A stretch of DNA of 64,000 bases from the human T2T-CHM13v2.0 reference genome, Homo sapiens. A model generated the notes under the pieces. The model saw only the letters and a list, made by a program, of their open reading frames with translations, was not told the DNA's origin and made no database searches. The position numbers and the translations under genes were made by a program. Within the stretch, counting starts at the first letter, position 1. Each line of letters opens with the position of its first letter. Positions 14,201-28,455 of this stretch are shown here, piece by piece. The stretch is from the NCBI RefSeq assembly GCF_009914755.1, contig NC_060927.1; one strand, given 5' to 3'.

Positions 14201-16926
14201 TATCCAAAGCATGCGGTTACTATGCAAAGTATGGAGTTCCTTGCTTGTGTGTAGTTACTATGCCAAGCCTTTTCCACCAATTGTTCATGTCTCCCACTTT
14301 CCCCAACACTTCTACAAAATAAATTTCCTTCTACTTCATAATGTGAAAACTGATGTTGAGGGATTTTTCAGTGACTTGCCTACCATCAAACATCTTTTAA
14401 AGATTTAACTGGGATTTGAAACTAGGTCTTTTCATCCAGCAAGTCTATGCTTTTCCAACTCTACTCTTCCAAATTGAAGTTTTCATCTAAATCCCATGGT
14501 TGTTCAGCCCCTGGGAAACACATAGTGCTCATAGAAGAAAATCAGAGACAGAACCAGAAGTTATAAGCCATCTGACATTTGGAAACCTACTATCAGCTAC
14601 TCCCTAAGACAGAAGAAGGTGAAAGAGGCACCTCTGGGAAGAATTGTGATTTTGTTAATGACAGTGGAGTTTGTGCCAGGTATCAGTTAAAGCCTCTGGG
14701 TAACCTTGTAACTTGGTGTTGGCTGTATCACAAGGGCTTGGAAGAGTGATGGAGAAAAGACCTTGAGAAAAACAACTCCAACCACATCTGCTGTCCCTCA
14801 GTTAACATTTCAACATCTGTTGTACAGAGCGGGTTAGCAGAGGAGAGAACCTCAGCTTTGGAGGCATATATAATAATGAGTCATACAGTCATTAATGTGT
14901 GAACCCCAGGCAGGGAGCTCACATTTTGTGTGAAAGAAGAATTTTTGTTCAGTTATAAGCACTCCCCTACTGGGTCTGGAATTGCTCTCTGCACCAAAAA
15001 TGCCAGACTTCATTTTATTTGAATTTAAAAGGACCTTCACAAACATTTTGGCTTAAATATAAAAGAAAACTTTTCATAAGAGAAAAGAAATTAGAAAAAA
15101 AGATTAGTAGAATGTAGTTTCACTGAAAATGCCCCCAATGAAAATAAAGTTAAAAATAATAAGAATATGCTGTGTCCCAGCCCAATCTCTACACCCCTTT
15201 CTCAGTTATTGTTTGAATAAAGGAGAACAAAGAAAGAAGTCTGATAGATACAGATTATTTGTATTTTTTCAACAGAAATGAAAATGAAAGTTTCTTTTAT
15301 CTCTCTCCTATTGTCGTCTTGCAATTTCACTTGACCTTCTCATTAGTTATAACTGGACTGTACAGTTACCTGGAGTTGGTCATATTGTCCTTGAAAAAGG
15401 ATTAGTTTTACCACTTTTTCCTACTGGGCAGAAGCAGAGACAACCAGGGGCAAATTGGCACATATGGGTACCTGACCAAGGCTTTCTTATTGTCCCAACC
15501 AGAAGACATTGTAAAAGCATTAAAGATGGGGAAATCAACTCCATGGTTAACAACAAACCCTAACTTTCTTACCTGCCTGGGGGATGGACGGAACTCTAGA
15601 ACTTTCATTGGAGAGGTTAATCTGTACTGGAGTATGACTTGGGAAATAAGTCTCTAAATAAAATCATCTTGGAAGAAGTTGAAGTCATCAGGGGGCTCTG
15701 CACATCTTTTCTTACTTCTCTTCAAATTATGTTCTCCAGACCATTAACATTCAAGGAAACTTCATCTAATGCCTATCTGTGTTTGTCATTCCATTGGTGG
15801 CATAATGAGGTAATGATGTTTTAGGCAGAAAGACTCTCAATCTTAACATTATATGCACTCTGATAAGCCTTAGAAATATATATGAATAAGTACAGATCCA
15901 TACACATTTTCTGTTGTGTACGTGTAAGCTTTTCTCTTGAAGGATTTTTTGTATTGGGCAGTACCTTAGAGTGGTAAGTATGATCGTGGTTACCTTTTGG
16001 ATAAGCATAAACAGCTCATCTAAGTAGCAATATCTGAAACTTTTCAGTAAGTTCTTAGAGCTGGCCATAGGCAATATCTCTAAAATTTGCTAACTAGGGT
16101 TACACTGCCGCTTATTTGTCCCATTGCCTGCTCCGAGAGCTCTAACCACCCACTCCTAACCTGGTATGACCCTTGTTGCCTTATGAAGGTGAGAATCATA
16201 AACCGATTTACACCAAGGTGTAGGCAACGAATATGAGGAAGGAATGCTTTTTATAGGGATGAATGTATATTACCAGGAAACAGAGCCACAGATGGTGATG
16301 GTTTCCAGCCTAGGGAACTTGGACCCCAAGATTTTGTGTAGATAGTAAAGGGGATCCTTAAGCTGTTTTTAAGTTTAAAAAACACTTACTCATGAAACAG
16401 CCATTTAGCAGATAAATCAAGTTTCTTGGTTTGAACTTTAATTCTATCAACCCGGCATGATGATTTGAGTTAACATGTGCTAAAGAATAATTTATAAATC
16501 TCAAACATCTGTTATTCAAAAACCCACCAGAGATGTGATTCATGAGGAAGATTAAAAATGAGTATGAATGATGAAAAGTTTGAACTCCTAAATTAAAAAA
16601 TAAAGATTTAATAGCAAAGTATCAGATAACTGCTTGGGATTATGATAAAGGAGACAGGGATGAACAGAAAGAAAACAAACCTATTATAGCATGAGCACTG
16701 CTACATGTGTAGCTAGACACTTATACACAGAGTCATTCACTAGGCTGAGGCAGTTTCACCTTAGAACTGTGTCTTGTTCCAGTCTATTGTAGTGTTTAGT
16801 GCAGTAATTACTTAGTTTATGGAAGGTAGTTATGAAATGAGAAGGAAGAGGAGAGAGCTTAAACAGCTCACTTAAGAACATGTATATGGAGCTCATACTA
16901 GAATCCAGGTCTGTCTCAGTAACTCC

Positions 16927-16951
16927 TTTTTTTTTTTTTTTTTTTTTTTTT
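16927..16951. repeat. Poly(T)25
   Basis: Directly visible. Confidence 0.99.
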
Positions 16952-17634
16952 GCCTCACCATGAATTTGTATCAGTGGGAGGGAGAAGAATTATTGTCAAT
17001 GTCCTGAAGTCATCCACACTGAAAATTGTGTATTGTATCTTGCAGATTACCCACTTATACATCTGCTGACTTTGGAGTTATTGTACTTTGTGATGTGGTC
17101 CTGAATTGGAAGGGCCCCATTCCGTGTTGCACAGTGCCAGCTATTTCTCCAAATCACTCCAAAGAGAGCATGGGAAAAGAATGACTGAGTCTTTGTGAAC
17201 TCTGTCCCCTCTTAGGCACAGAAGCCATGTGTGTAGGCTCTGCTGAGGCTCCTGGAGTCTGGCTTTGAGCTGACCCATCTAGCTAGGGTATCAATCTCCA
17301 TCAGGTCTTGCTTGTGCTGCTCTCCAGAGCCTGCACACCAAGATGGGTCTGCCCCAATTTGAAAGGTGCAGGGCTGGTGGCAGTGGGTTCAAATTAAAAA
17401 AAAAATCCTGCTGGCAGTGTGAATCTGGAGAAAAGACTTCTTTTCACAGTCATTGTGTGGCTCTGTCAATCAGCCTCAGAATTTCTCTGCAGGGCTGGGA
17501 TGCCACAGCTCAGAAAAAAGGATGGTATCAAGAATGGCACACATACACATGCAGGGAGGGAAAGAGAGAGGTGTGGTGATTAAATCCGTATGGAGAATGA
17601 GAGATTCCATCTTTCACAGTTGTATTATTTTAAT

Positions 17635-18190
17635 TTCAATAAACATTTATTGAGAACCCACTCCCATTGAGCACTATAGCAGGCAGGCTCTCTGTGGGCT
17701 CCAAGCGGAATACAAATTTCCTTAAGACAAGTCTCCACCCTCACAGTCTAGGGGAAGAAGCAAAAGTCAGACTAAACCAAAACAAAACCCAAACAAAAAG
17801 AAAAATCACCAACCCAGGCACTAGGCTTGAGAATTTACAAGCACTTTCACAAACATCTCATTTAGCCCTGTTTGCAAAGCAGATGAAGCAGTGTTATCTG
17901 CATTTTACAGATGAGGACAAGAGCCTTGTTTAAGATCACAGAGCTAGTAAATGACAGCCCCAGAATCCAGGTCATAGAACTCCTGTTTCAAAGCTTTTCC
18001 CACAATATGATACTACCTCTTTGTAAACACTTGCTTATAATACAGCATTGTGTTGAGAGAGCACAAAGAAAAAAAATGATTAATTCTTACTGGGCCAAGG
18101 GAGATGGAAGATCAGGCTTCTCAAAAGAAGTAATTTTCCATAGGTGGATGAAATGGAGATTGTTGTAGGCAAAAAGGCACAATGGGGTGG
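17635..18190 (-). mobile_element. L2 3' end interrupted by a MIR (~17810-18010)
   Basis: L2 'ttcaataaacatttattgag..ctcacagtctagggg'. MIR 'cattttacagatgaggac..aagatcacagagctagtaaatgacag'. Confidence 0.7.
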
Positions 18191-18554
18191 GAAGGCAGGC
18201 AGTGCTCCCATGTAGAGCAGTGGTGAAGAAGCCAGCCTGTTTCATCCACACCCTACTGAATGATCCAATCTAGGTCCAAGAGAAAACGGCTAGAGAATGA
18301 AAGCCTCTGTTTTTCTCTAGCTTGTCTCTGGGGTTTCTATTTCCTATGTGAGGACCCATCTATTTCTTAGGAAATGGGTATGGGGAGAAATGAGCCTTCT
18401 TCCTGGGGAGCACCCCTAACCCAGTGACTTTGCAGGCCTTAGTGTGGAAATCCTGTCAACTTCCTATAGAATACATATCTCCTGGGATGTTATATATTCA
18501 TCCAAGGGATGTGAACATAGGGTGCAGGATATTGTTGTTTTCACAAAAATGCTT

Positions 18555-18740
18555 CCAACTTCCTGTGTGACTTTGTGCGTGTGATTTGGCCTCTCTGATC
18601 ATGTTTCTTCATCTATAAAATGGAGGTAATCATATTGACCAAGCAAGGGTTGCCGTGAGGATGGGTGGATTGATTTCTGTGATGCGTATAGCCCAATGCC
18701 TTACACAGAACTATGTATAAATAGGAGCTATTACTGCTAC
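18555..18740 (+). mobile_element. MIR SINE
   Basis: 'ctgtgtgactttg..tttcttcatctataaaatggaggtaat..agggttgccgtgagga'. Confidence 0.75.
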
Positions 18741-20449
18741 TGCTATTCAACATGAGGAAAGAACCTACATGAAGGTCTGTCATGTGCTAACTCCATATCT
18801 CATCCATTCCTGTCAGATGTGACCCTGCAAGGTCATTGAGAGGCTGAATGACTCTATTGTCATAGTCAAGTGGAGTGCTCAAGATGACTGCTGAGACCTC
18901 TGTTTCATGGGTTCATTGGGAAAAAGAAGGAAGACAAATCACAGGTTTGTCTGATCAGGCTAAAGGACTGGATCTCAGTGTGTTTTCAAAGCAGTGGCAT
19001 TGGCCTGGCTGATTCAGTTTGTCAGCAAGACACAATAACAAGCAGATGATATTTAAGATGTGGCTAGGAACTAATATGGTATCACTAACCAGCAGTTACG
19101 AGAAAACCCTGGAAAGTAGCTGAGGGTGGGCAGGGGCTGGGATGTAGCTAAGCCAAAGCAGTTGGGGCTCTAGCAGGAGTGGCCAAATGGAATCAGACAT
19201 CCATGCCTGTCTTTAGGACAAGAATGGCACAGGCAGAGGAAAATATGGCTCTGTGATGATTTGAATATCCTTGGCTTGGCCCTGGCTCATCAGATTTTAG
19301 GCCTTTGGCAATGTGATTAAATCCAGATCCCCACTGAATGGTGTGGCTGGGGCTGCTCATGCACCTTATGGCCTTGTACAGATGGGCTACGATTTAGGCA
19401 GGACCAGGTTGGGTGTCTTTGGGCTGAGCAGGGCTGGGAAAGAAAGCAGCTGAAGTCTGTCATGAACTTCCAGTTACTGGTTGTTCTCTGCCATAGCCAA
19501 ACTCCACTTCTCCTAGATTTACTGATTCTACAAGGATCATTTGCCACCTGTTGAAGTAAACATCTGATACTCCATCTATACAGCACTTGTATTTCACAGT
19601 CATATCACCTAAGTCCTCCAAATTTGCAGGAAGTGATATATTGCCTTTCAGCTAGGAATACTTTTGCATTTTCTGGGACTCTTCAATGTGGAGGAAATGC
19701 AAAGGCAGTGGGAAAAAGTATGAGGAGTCAGAAAAGCCTATCCCTATTTTACCAATGGGTGCTAATTTTCTTAGGTAGAAATCAGAGAAAACTTCCTGGG
19801 AATTTTAAGTGTACTCAGAAATCTTTCATGTCCATGATTGATTTTGCTGAAAGTCAATTATATTTTCTATGAGAGAGATGGAATTTGAAGTTGAATTTTG
19901 CCTGGTGATATACAGGCAATAGAGATTAAAAAATTATTATTACACGTGGGGTCTAGTTCAAAAGATATGATATTATCATTGTAGTAAAGGCACTATTTGT
20001 AGCTAGTAATGTAGACTAGCTCATCAGCACCCATTTCCCGGCTTTTGAAGACTAAAAACTACGTTTTCCCAACTCCCTTTCCTCTACGATTTTCACGTGA
20101 CTGGAATTCAGCCAGGCTGTTGGGCCTGCAGTGAGCTTGGAGGCAGATAAGAACAATGTGAGGCACTAGTCATGCCAGGCAGATTTGATCCGGTAAAACC
20201 TGTGGCAGAGGCTGCCGATTCTTTTGGGCCAGGTTTGGCGGAGAAACTGGTATCCAGTCTCCACTGTCCTGGGTGTGGAGGAGCACTCAGCTGTAGACAG
20301 GTTTTCATTAAACGATTCTGTGGTCTGCTTGGATATTTTCACCCACTGCAATAGCGCTGGTCACTTTGTTCCTGGCCCCTTCACCACCAGAGATTTTGTG
20401 AACTTAGTATCTTATATTTTTGTGAGCCACTTAATGTTTAAAATTTTTT

Positions 20450-20948
20450 ACTGATATTTAGAGATAGTTTCAGCTATCATAAATGTGCCGCTCAATGATT
20501 TTTCTCAAAGAGAACACACTGTGTAACCAGTGTCCAGATTAAGAAAGGGAAACCCAGGAGGCCCTTGAGTTGTGTTTCATTCTGGTCACTACCTGTGCAA
20601 GGGGAATCACTATTCCACCATCTAACAGCCTAGATTGGTTTTGACTGTTTTTGAACTATATATAAAGGGAACCATATATGTTCTTTCTGGCCTGGCTCCT
20701 TTTGCTTAATGATCTTTGTAAGATTCATCCATATGGTTGCACATAGTTCTAATTTGTTCTCATTGCTGTATAGCACTCCTCTGTATGGGTATATCACAAA
20801 TTATTTATCTGTTCTAGTGTTGATGGGCATCTGGTAGTTGACTTGGAGTGACTGTTGATAGTGCTGCTCTGAACATTGCGTACATTTCTTTTAGAAAATG
20901 CACATACACATTTCTGTTGGGTTTATTGGTAGGGGTAGAATTTCTAGG
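20450..20948 (-). mobile_element. L1ME-like 3' end
   Basis: 'gaacacactgtgtaaccagtgtccagattaagaaa', 'agattcatccatatggttgca', 'tgttgatgggcatctgg'. Confidence 0.8.
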
Positions 20949-21353
20949 TGTGGTGAACACAGACAGGAACCATCCAGAATCCCCTTCAAGGAAGGACTTG
21001 TTGCCCCAGCTTTCAGGTCCTTCGGAGTCTGCCTTAGCTGCAGCGAGCTGCCTCACCTGAGGGAATGCCCTCTCTGGGGTAGACCACATCAGTGACTGAC
21101 TGAGGTGGGGTTATTAAGACCTAGCCTTTACAGGCCAATGTAGTGGGGGAACAACTGCAGCACACCACAGTTACTCCAGAGCAACTGTGGGGCTGGCCAA
21201 GGCTTTCTTGCGTCTGTACCATATCCCACCTTCTCCCTCAGCTCAGTCCTTTATGCCCCACAACCCTCGCCTTCCACAGTGTGACATTTAATGAATATCT
21301 TGTATACCAAACTCCATTTCAGCATCTGCTTCTGGAGAACACAACCTGAAACA
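20949..21353 (+). mobile_element. LTR16-type (ERVL) solo LTR inserted in L1ME
   Basis: TG...CA termini and 5-bp TSD ctagg/ttagg (20944-48, 21354-58). Internal 'gagctgcctcacc..gtgactgactgagg' motif. Confidence 0.8.
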
Positions 21354-21899
21354 TTAGGTCATGCCTTGCTAGATAGAAACTGTACGATAGATTTGAATGA
21401 ATGTTCTGATTGCTCTACATCTGTGTCTACATGGTATCTTTTGATAAAATAGTTTATGCCTAAACTGGCTAGAGCGGATTATAATGTTTATAACAATAGA
21501 ATGTTGGGCTTCTATGGACTGTGGTGTGTATGGACTGTGACATAAATAGAATGTAGGTGTGTATGGACTGTGACCTCTATATCAAATAGGAAGGGTGTAT
21601 TTATTAAGCTTCTGGAATTTAGAGTAAGGCCCAAACCAGAATCATGGGTTAAAAAAAGCAAGGAAGTCCTGGGGAAAACGATGAACTCTGCCGAGTTTGC
21701 TGTTTGCTGCTCCTCTTTTATGTTTCTGGATTTTTCATCTCTTTTTGTGGTGCCCTTTTTTTATGGTTCAGGCAATCCCTTTACAAGCTTTGCAAAGCCT
21801 ACTGAAATTAAGGGCTCAAATAAGCTGTCTATGCCAGCAAGCAACCACTGGTCATTTGTGGCCATTTTTTTTTTCCCAAGGGGAAAAAGTCTTCATTCT

Positions 21900-23850
21900 A
21901 CCTTCCTATTTGATTGAAAATGTGGTTGGAACTAGAAATTTGAAATAACTTTCCCTCTGAATTTTGAAGGCATTGATCTGTGGTTTTCCTGCTTCCATTA
22001 TACTGTTGGGAAATTTAAAGCCATCCTTATTCCTGATCCTTTGCATGTGACTTGTTTTTGCCTTCTCTCTGGCAGCCCATAAAACCTTCTCTCTGTTGGG
22101 TCTTCTGAACTTTCACAGTGAAATGCAGGGCACTTGGTAGTCCCTTAAAATTTGGAAAATGATATCCCTTGTTTATGGAATTTTTTCTTAAATAATTCTA
22201 TTAATAATTCTTTATCTAATTTTTTTTCTTTCTTCTTCTCTCTCCTTTCTTCATTGTTTTTTTCTCCCTCCCTTTCTCCTTTCCATTTGGTTATTGGTTT
22301 TCCTGGACTCATTCTCTCATTTTCCTATATTTTCTTTCTATTTTTCTTTCTCTTCTACTTTTGATCTATTTTGGGGGATGTTTGCTCAACTTTATATTTC
22401 AACTCTTCAGTGGTGTTTTAAATTTTTGCTTGTGTGCTTTTATGTATATGATCTCTTGTTTGTTCTCAGATGTTCCTTTTCTTTAGTATCCTGTTCTTGT
22501 TTTATAGATGCATTTTATTTCTTTGAGGTGATGTACAATGCATATCTCCTGGAAGTTTTCATTCTTGCAGAGATTTTGCTTGCTCTGAGTTGCTTTTTTA
22601 AGAAAATTTGTTTTGATTCTCATACTTTTGTGTTAGGGATTGCTTCTTTAGAAGGCTGGTGATCCTTGGTTTGTACTCATGTATAAGGTATGTGGACTAA
22701 AATCTTGGAAACCTCGAGCAAATGAGTTGGCTGGACGGTGGCAAGCATCACTGTAGGGTAGTCTGAGTGTGGAACCCCTAATGTCAGTATCTTCAGGTCC
22801 TGCCTCCCTGGCTGGGCCAAGGGTAAGGGCATGGCTGAGAGCTGAGAGAAGGGAGGGGGCTAGCCTCTGCATTCAGCATGTTTAGCTTTATCTAACTCCA
22901 CTGCTTTTGGATGACTCCTCACCCTTATCTGTGCCAGGCCAGGGACTTTCTGCCTAAGCTTCTCAGAAAGAAACTTCTAGACTTTCCAGGTGGGAAGTCA
23001 TTCTGCAGTGTGGAATGAGGACGGGACCTGGAGATCTACCTGCTTCTTGAATAGTTTTCATCCATCCTTTTAAATTTGGCTCCTCTTTCTCTCGCCTCAT
23101 TTCCAGAGATACATGTTGAGTATCCCTTATCCAAAATCACTGGGACCAGAAGTGTTGATTTTGGAATTTTTCAGATTTTGGAATATTTGCATATTACATA
23201 ATGAGATATATTGGGGATGGGACTCAAGTCTAAACACAAAATTCATTTATGTTTCATATACACCTTATACACATAGCCCAAAGGTAATTGTATACACTAT
23301 TTTAAATAATTTTGTGCATGAAACAAAGTTTGTATAAATTGAAGGATCAGAAAAGGAAGGTGTCATGTCAGCCACTCATGGGGATAATCTGTGTTTGTCT
23401 GGCATCGCCATCACTCCTGACTCTATATTTGTGTGCTGCTTATCAGGAATTATTTTCTTATATTTATTCACACAGAAATAATTAACAATAAAAGTATGAC
23501 ACACCATTAATATAGTGAAAAAAATAATGTGTCCAGGTTAACCTGGAGTCAGTGCTTAAAGAGTTTTGGATTTTGGGGCATTTGAAATTTTGGATTAGGG
23601 ATTCTCAACCTGTTCTTGCCGCTCACAGTACCTAAGCTTTTTGAGGATTCTGCTGTCTTACTTCGGTTGGCCTTGGATTCTCTACTGCGATTTTAAAATT
23701 CAGATTTCTAGTTTGTAAGATCAATTGCCCCTTGTCCATCTTCCACTAGCTTTGCAATTTTCAACATTTTGTTATCTTCTACCCTGTTCTTTTTATCCTA
23801 GTGGAATTATGTTTTTAAAAAAACCCACTATAGCTTTAATAGAGTTTTTG
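21900..23850 (-). mobile_element. Old L1 5'/ORF1 region (L1ME or HAL1-like), interrupted by Tigger4
   Basis: 'ttccctctgaattttgaaggcattg..ctgttgggaaatttaaagccatccttattcctgatcctttgcatgtgac' resembles antisense ORF1. Confidence 0.55.
23112..23612 (+). mobile_element. Tigger4/MER46-type (TcMar) non-autonomous DNA transposon
   Basis: Terminal inverted repeats catgttgagtatccct / agggattctcaacctg, with TA on the left flank. Internal 'ggggatgggactcaagtctaaacacaaaattcatttatg'. Confidence 0.9.
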
Positions 23851-25156
23851 AAAAGAAGAAAAATCAGATGTTTTCGATCTATTATCTTTATGCACAGCTG
23901 CCTTCATAGCTTTATATACAGTTTCTACCATTTTTTCTGAGATTCACACTAGGAGATTTCAAAATAATTACTGTTTGAGAATATGGCAGCTTCTAAACAT
24001 TCCAGGAAAATGACCTGCTTCTCAACATATATAAAGTTAAGCATGTTATATGTTATTACACTTTGAAACATTTTTACTGGCTATACACTTCAAAGCATAG
24101 ATGTGCCTTGATTTCCATATTTGTATTTTAGATATACAGGTTCAGGGATTCCTTCCCAACAAAGATCAACTGAAAACTCGGAGTATCAGACTTTTACTTT
24201 TTACAGGGGTTGGACATATATTTTGTTTCAACTGATTCATTGTTATGATACATACCTTTGTACATAAAGCTTTTTCATGCACTATAATTATTTCTTCAGG
24301 CTAAATTCCCAGGAGTGGAATTACTGGATTCCAAGCTATAAACATTTTTAAGATTTTAGATTCTCACTGTCAATTTGCCTTCTAAAAGTTATGACATATT
24401 TGTTTAACAAAAGACAATGGGTCAAAATATGTTCATATATATCCTTGGAAAAGGGTGGAGTGAGATATAAACACTCCCCAAAATCCTGGCCTTTCCTCCT
24501 TTGCCCACTTATGATGCCACCTCATTTGGGTCATTATAACAGAGCCAGTCTCAGGATTTTCCTGCTACCTGGGGTCCTGCCAATCATGATTAGAGGAATA
24601 CTTACCACAAGCTTAGATTGCTCAAAGAACACAAGGGTATGGATAATTCTCAGTGACAGCTTCCAGTTTTAGGAAAACTGCGAAATGTTTCTAATTGAAA
24701 TGGGATTCCAGAAACCTCTTCAGCATCAGAATTCCATCCTCAGGGCTTCTTGTCTTTGTTGCACTCCACAGGTGGGGCCAAGGCCCCTGAAAATGGTGTA
24801 TCAGGGACAAGAGAAGAGAGGGGAGCTCAATGGAACCCCAATGGTCTCTGGAGCCTATCTCCCCTTGTCCCATGGAGAATTTGTGGTGTGTCTTGGTCAT
24901 TTCACTCAATAATGTATCTTCTGCCACACACAGTGTTTGGCTTTAAGCAAACTTGTAAGGCAGTACATATTTGAACAGCTTGAAAGGAAGAAAATGGGTT
25001 ATAGGTACTCAAATGGACCACATCATTTATCATCCTGCAGTGGTCAGGGGAGGAGTCGCTTGAGTGGAACTTTCCCGGGGTTCATAAATAGATAGAAAGC
25101 AGGGGGTGGGGGGTGGGGCTGTGTCACAAAAACTTAGGCCAGGGCTTTATTATGTG

Positions 25157-25158
<2 letters not shown>

Positions 25159-25198
<40 letters not shown>
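25159..25198. repeat. (GT)~20 microsatellite
   Basis: Directly visible. Confidence 0.98.
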
Positions 25199-25204
<6 letters not shown>

Positions 25205-25614
25205 TGGTTTAGTGTTGTAGAAGTAACAGCTGCCAGTTGTTACTTATTAGCTTTAATGGGTGGTGCACCCTGTAGTGGTCCTGGAGGTGACACTGAAAAT
25301 GAAAGTAAAGGTGAATGTGGTGGTGATTGTGGTGGCAGCGTCTTCATGGGTGAGCTGAAGATTTTTGGGTGTCTCCATCCTTAGGTTTTTTGACAGCAGC
25401 CTCTCAGGGACCCAGTAAAGCAACATTTTGATAGTCCTCAAGACATCAGCAGCCTCCTAAATCTCTGAACAAACAAGCCTGCCTACCAGATAGGGCCTTG
25501 TTTACTAAGCATGGTGACTACCTTGGTAATATTCCTTAGTAGTTTATTAATGTATCTGTTTGAAATGTCACAAAAGACAGTGCCTGAATGCTAAATGTGC
25601 TGCAGAAAAGAGCC

Positions 25615-25770
25615 TGTCTTTCTGTATTTGAATTCTGATTTATCTGTCTACCTCTCAGGGCTTTATTTTCCACATCTGGAATGGGAACATGATACTCAGC
25701 TCATAGGGTTGTTGTAGGATTAAGTAAAATGACTCTTATGGAGGTCCTTGGCAATAGTGCCTGCACACAG
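25615..25770 (+). mobile_element. MIR SINE
   Basis: 'ttttccacatctggaatggg..ctcatagggttgttgtaggattaag'. Confidence 0.7.
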
Positions 25771-25970
25771 CCTATACTCTAAGCACTACTTCCTTCCTTC
25801 CCCAAGAGAGAGGTGCCTTTGGTGGGAAGTCCCATGCAGAGGCCGTTCTGGACAACTCATCAAGGATGGAGCTCCCAGTTCTTTGCTCCCCGCTGCTTCT
25901 CTCTGACTCCAAAAGTTGATGTACCTCTGAAAATCCCCTTTCCTCTGCCTTCCCATCATGTTTCACTAAG

Positions 25971-26153
25971 TAGTGGCTCTCAAAGTGTGGTTCCTGAACC
26001 AGGAGCATTGGCATCATCTGGGATATATTAAAGATCCAAATTCTTAGGCTTCACCAGACCGACTTAGTCAAAAACTTTGGGGATGGAGAGAAATCTGTGT
26101 TTGAACAAGCCCTGCATGTGATTCTGATGCAGATGTGAGTTTGAGAACCACAG
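25971..26153 (+). mobile_element. MER5A (hAT-Charlie)
   Basis: Termini 'agtggctctcaaagtgtggt' and 'gtttgagaaccac'. Confidence 0.9.
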
Positions 26154-27304
26154 GTCAAAAGAATCTGGACTCTCATTGATATGACCTACTTTCACATTTG
26201 GCCTGCTTTCTGGATATGGCCCACCTGCTTTGAGACTGAGAAGTCACTCGAAATCTCCACCCACATCCCCAACAGATGCCTAGCCTGTACTGGAACTTTT
26301 ATCATGTCCCGGTGATAGTGTTTTATTCTTCTCACCTGTGTATTCCCAGGCACACCTGTGGTGTCCAGCACTTGGCTAGGCCTCAGCCTGCAGAGGAGGA
26401 AGCCTTGCTTTCAGCCCTCCTACAGCCCTGCATTTGGATAATGGGGCATAAACTTTATTGTAGTTTTCCTTTTACTTTGCATTTTATATCCTGTCAGTCC
26501 TTGAAATGATTGTGTTTTGCCAAAATGGAGAGAAAAATACTTTTTCACTATTGCTGAACACTTTAATAGTCTTGAGCTTTTTCCCTGATCAGAGATTCAG
26601 GGCATATGCCAGCCTTTCCTTCATTTTCCAGCTCCAAAATTCTATCACCTCTTTAGAATTTGGGGAAAAGTACTATGCCAAGAACGGCACCAAAAGTTGC
26701 TACAGTTGTAATATTTAAAGTAGAGATCCTAAATATTATCATTAATATTCTAATTTGTGTACCTCCACTTTGTTCAGCACAGTTTTTGCACACTGAGGAT
26801 TACTTAATAAATTATCTATTGAATGGACATGGCTCAAAACATCAAGCCTCTATCAGACCTGTAGGTCTGTCTTGATCAGCTGCTGGCATATTTTGAATAC
26901 CATTGAATTAAGACTTCCTTGAATAGGCTTGTGTTTATCTTGCAAGAAGCTTTGCCTAGATGAAATTAGATTTTATAAGGTCCCGGATGGTTGTGGGAGC
27001 CATAGCAGAGTTTTAATATTTCAGAGAGCAATTATGTTGGGCCTGATATCAAGATCATGTAAAATATGCAACATCTTCTTTGTGCAATATTTTGTTGGAG
27101 GTTATTGGGCGTCATAGGGAGCAGACTTGGAAATTATCCTGATTTTAGCAGTTGTTTTGGGTTAGATCAGAATTAGAAATAACTGAGTAGTCCCAGTAGA
27201 GACTATTGGGGGCCAGAAGTCTGCTTTGCAAACAGGAAGTTTTTACTTGCTCTAACCTTGGCCCTGGAGTTTTTACTGAAATCTCAGAATATATATATAT
27301 TCCA

Positions 27305-27404
27305 GGCTGGGTGCGGTGACTCACGCCTGTAATCCCAGAACTTTGGAAGGCCGAGGCAGGCAGATCACCTGAGATCGGGAGTTTGAGACCAGTCTGACCA
27401 ACAT

Positions 27405-27407
<3 letters not shown>
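27305..27407 (+). mobile_element. Alu left-arm fragment (AluSp-like), 3' part lost
   Basis: 'gagatcgggagtttgagaccagtctgaccaacatgga', then an abrupt switch to (AT)n. Confidence 0.93.
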
Positions 27408-27852
<445 letters not shown>

Positions 27853-27889
27853 AGAACATACTTCTATTTTTTATGGCGTTTGTTAAGAG

Positions 27890-28150
27890 ACAGTGTAGTA
27901 TAATAGTTAAGAGCAGATGCTGGAGCCTGGCTGCTTGGGTTAGAAGGCTGCCTCCCCCTTTTCCTAGCTGTGTGAGGTTAGGTTACAAACCAAGCCCTTC
28001 TCTGCCTCAGTTTCTTCATCAGTAAAACGGAGATTATAGTACTAATTTCATGGAGTTGTTGAGAGGATTAAGAATATCCATACATGTAAAATGCTTTGAA
28101 CATTTCTTGGCACAAAGAAAGGCCTCAATCAATGTTAGCTATTACTATTG
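27890..28150 (+). mobile_element. MIR SINE, near full length
   Basis: 'cagtgtagtataatagttaagagca..ctctgcctcagtttcttcatcagtaaaacgg..tgttagctattact'. Confidence 0.88.
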
Positions 28151-28159
28151 TAATTTAGG

Positions 28160-28455
28160 CTCAGTTCCAAAGTTACTCTGAGAGGCCTTTCCTGACCACT
28201 CAATCCAAGCAGTCATACCTAACTCAACTACCTGTTTTTGACACCATCTTTTTACGGTCTTTATGACACTTGGCACAATCTGACATTAACTGATATGCAC
28301 AATTTGTTCATCTGTTTATTTTATGTGTCTCCCCAACCCTAGAAAATAAGTTTCATGATGTCAGGGATTATGTCTTTGGTCAATGCTAAATTCTCAATAT
28401 CGAGAATACTATCTACATCACAATAGGCATTCAGTAAATGTTTTTTTGACTAAAT
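28160..28455 (+). mobile_element. L2 3' end
   Basis: 'gagaggcctttcctgaccac', 'taggcattcagtaaatgttt'. Confidence 0.75.

Noticed and set aside
25102-25118. G-run cluster as a G-quadruplex (also 14152-14169)
   Set aside because: It is marginal for four G3 tracts and common genome-wide, with no supporting context.
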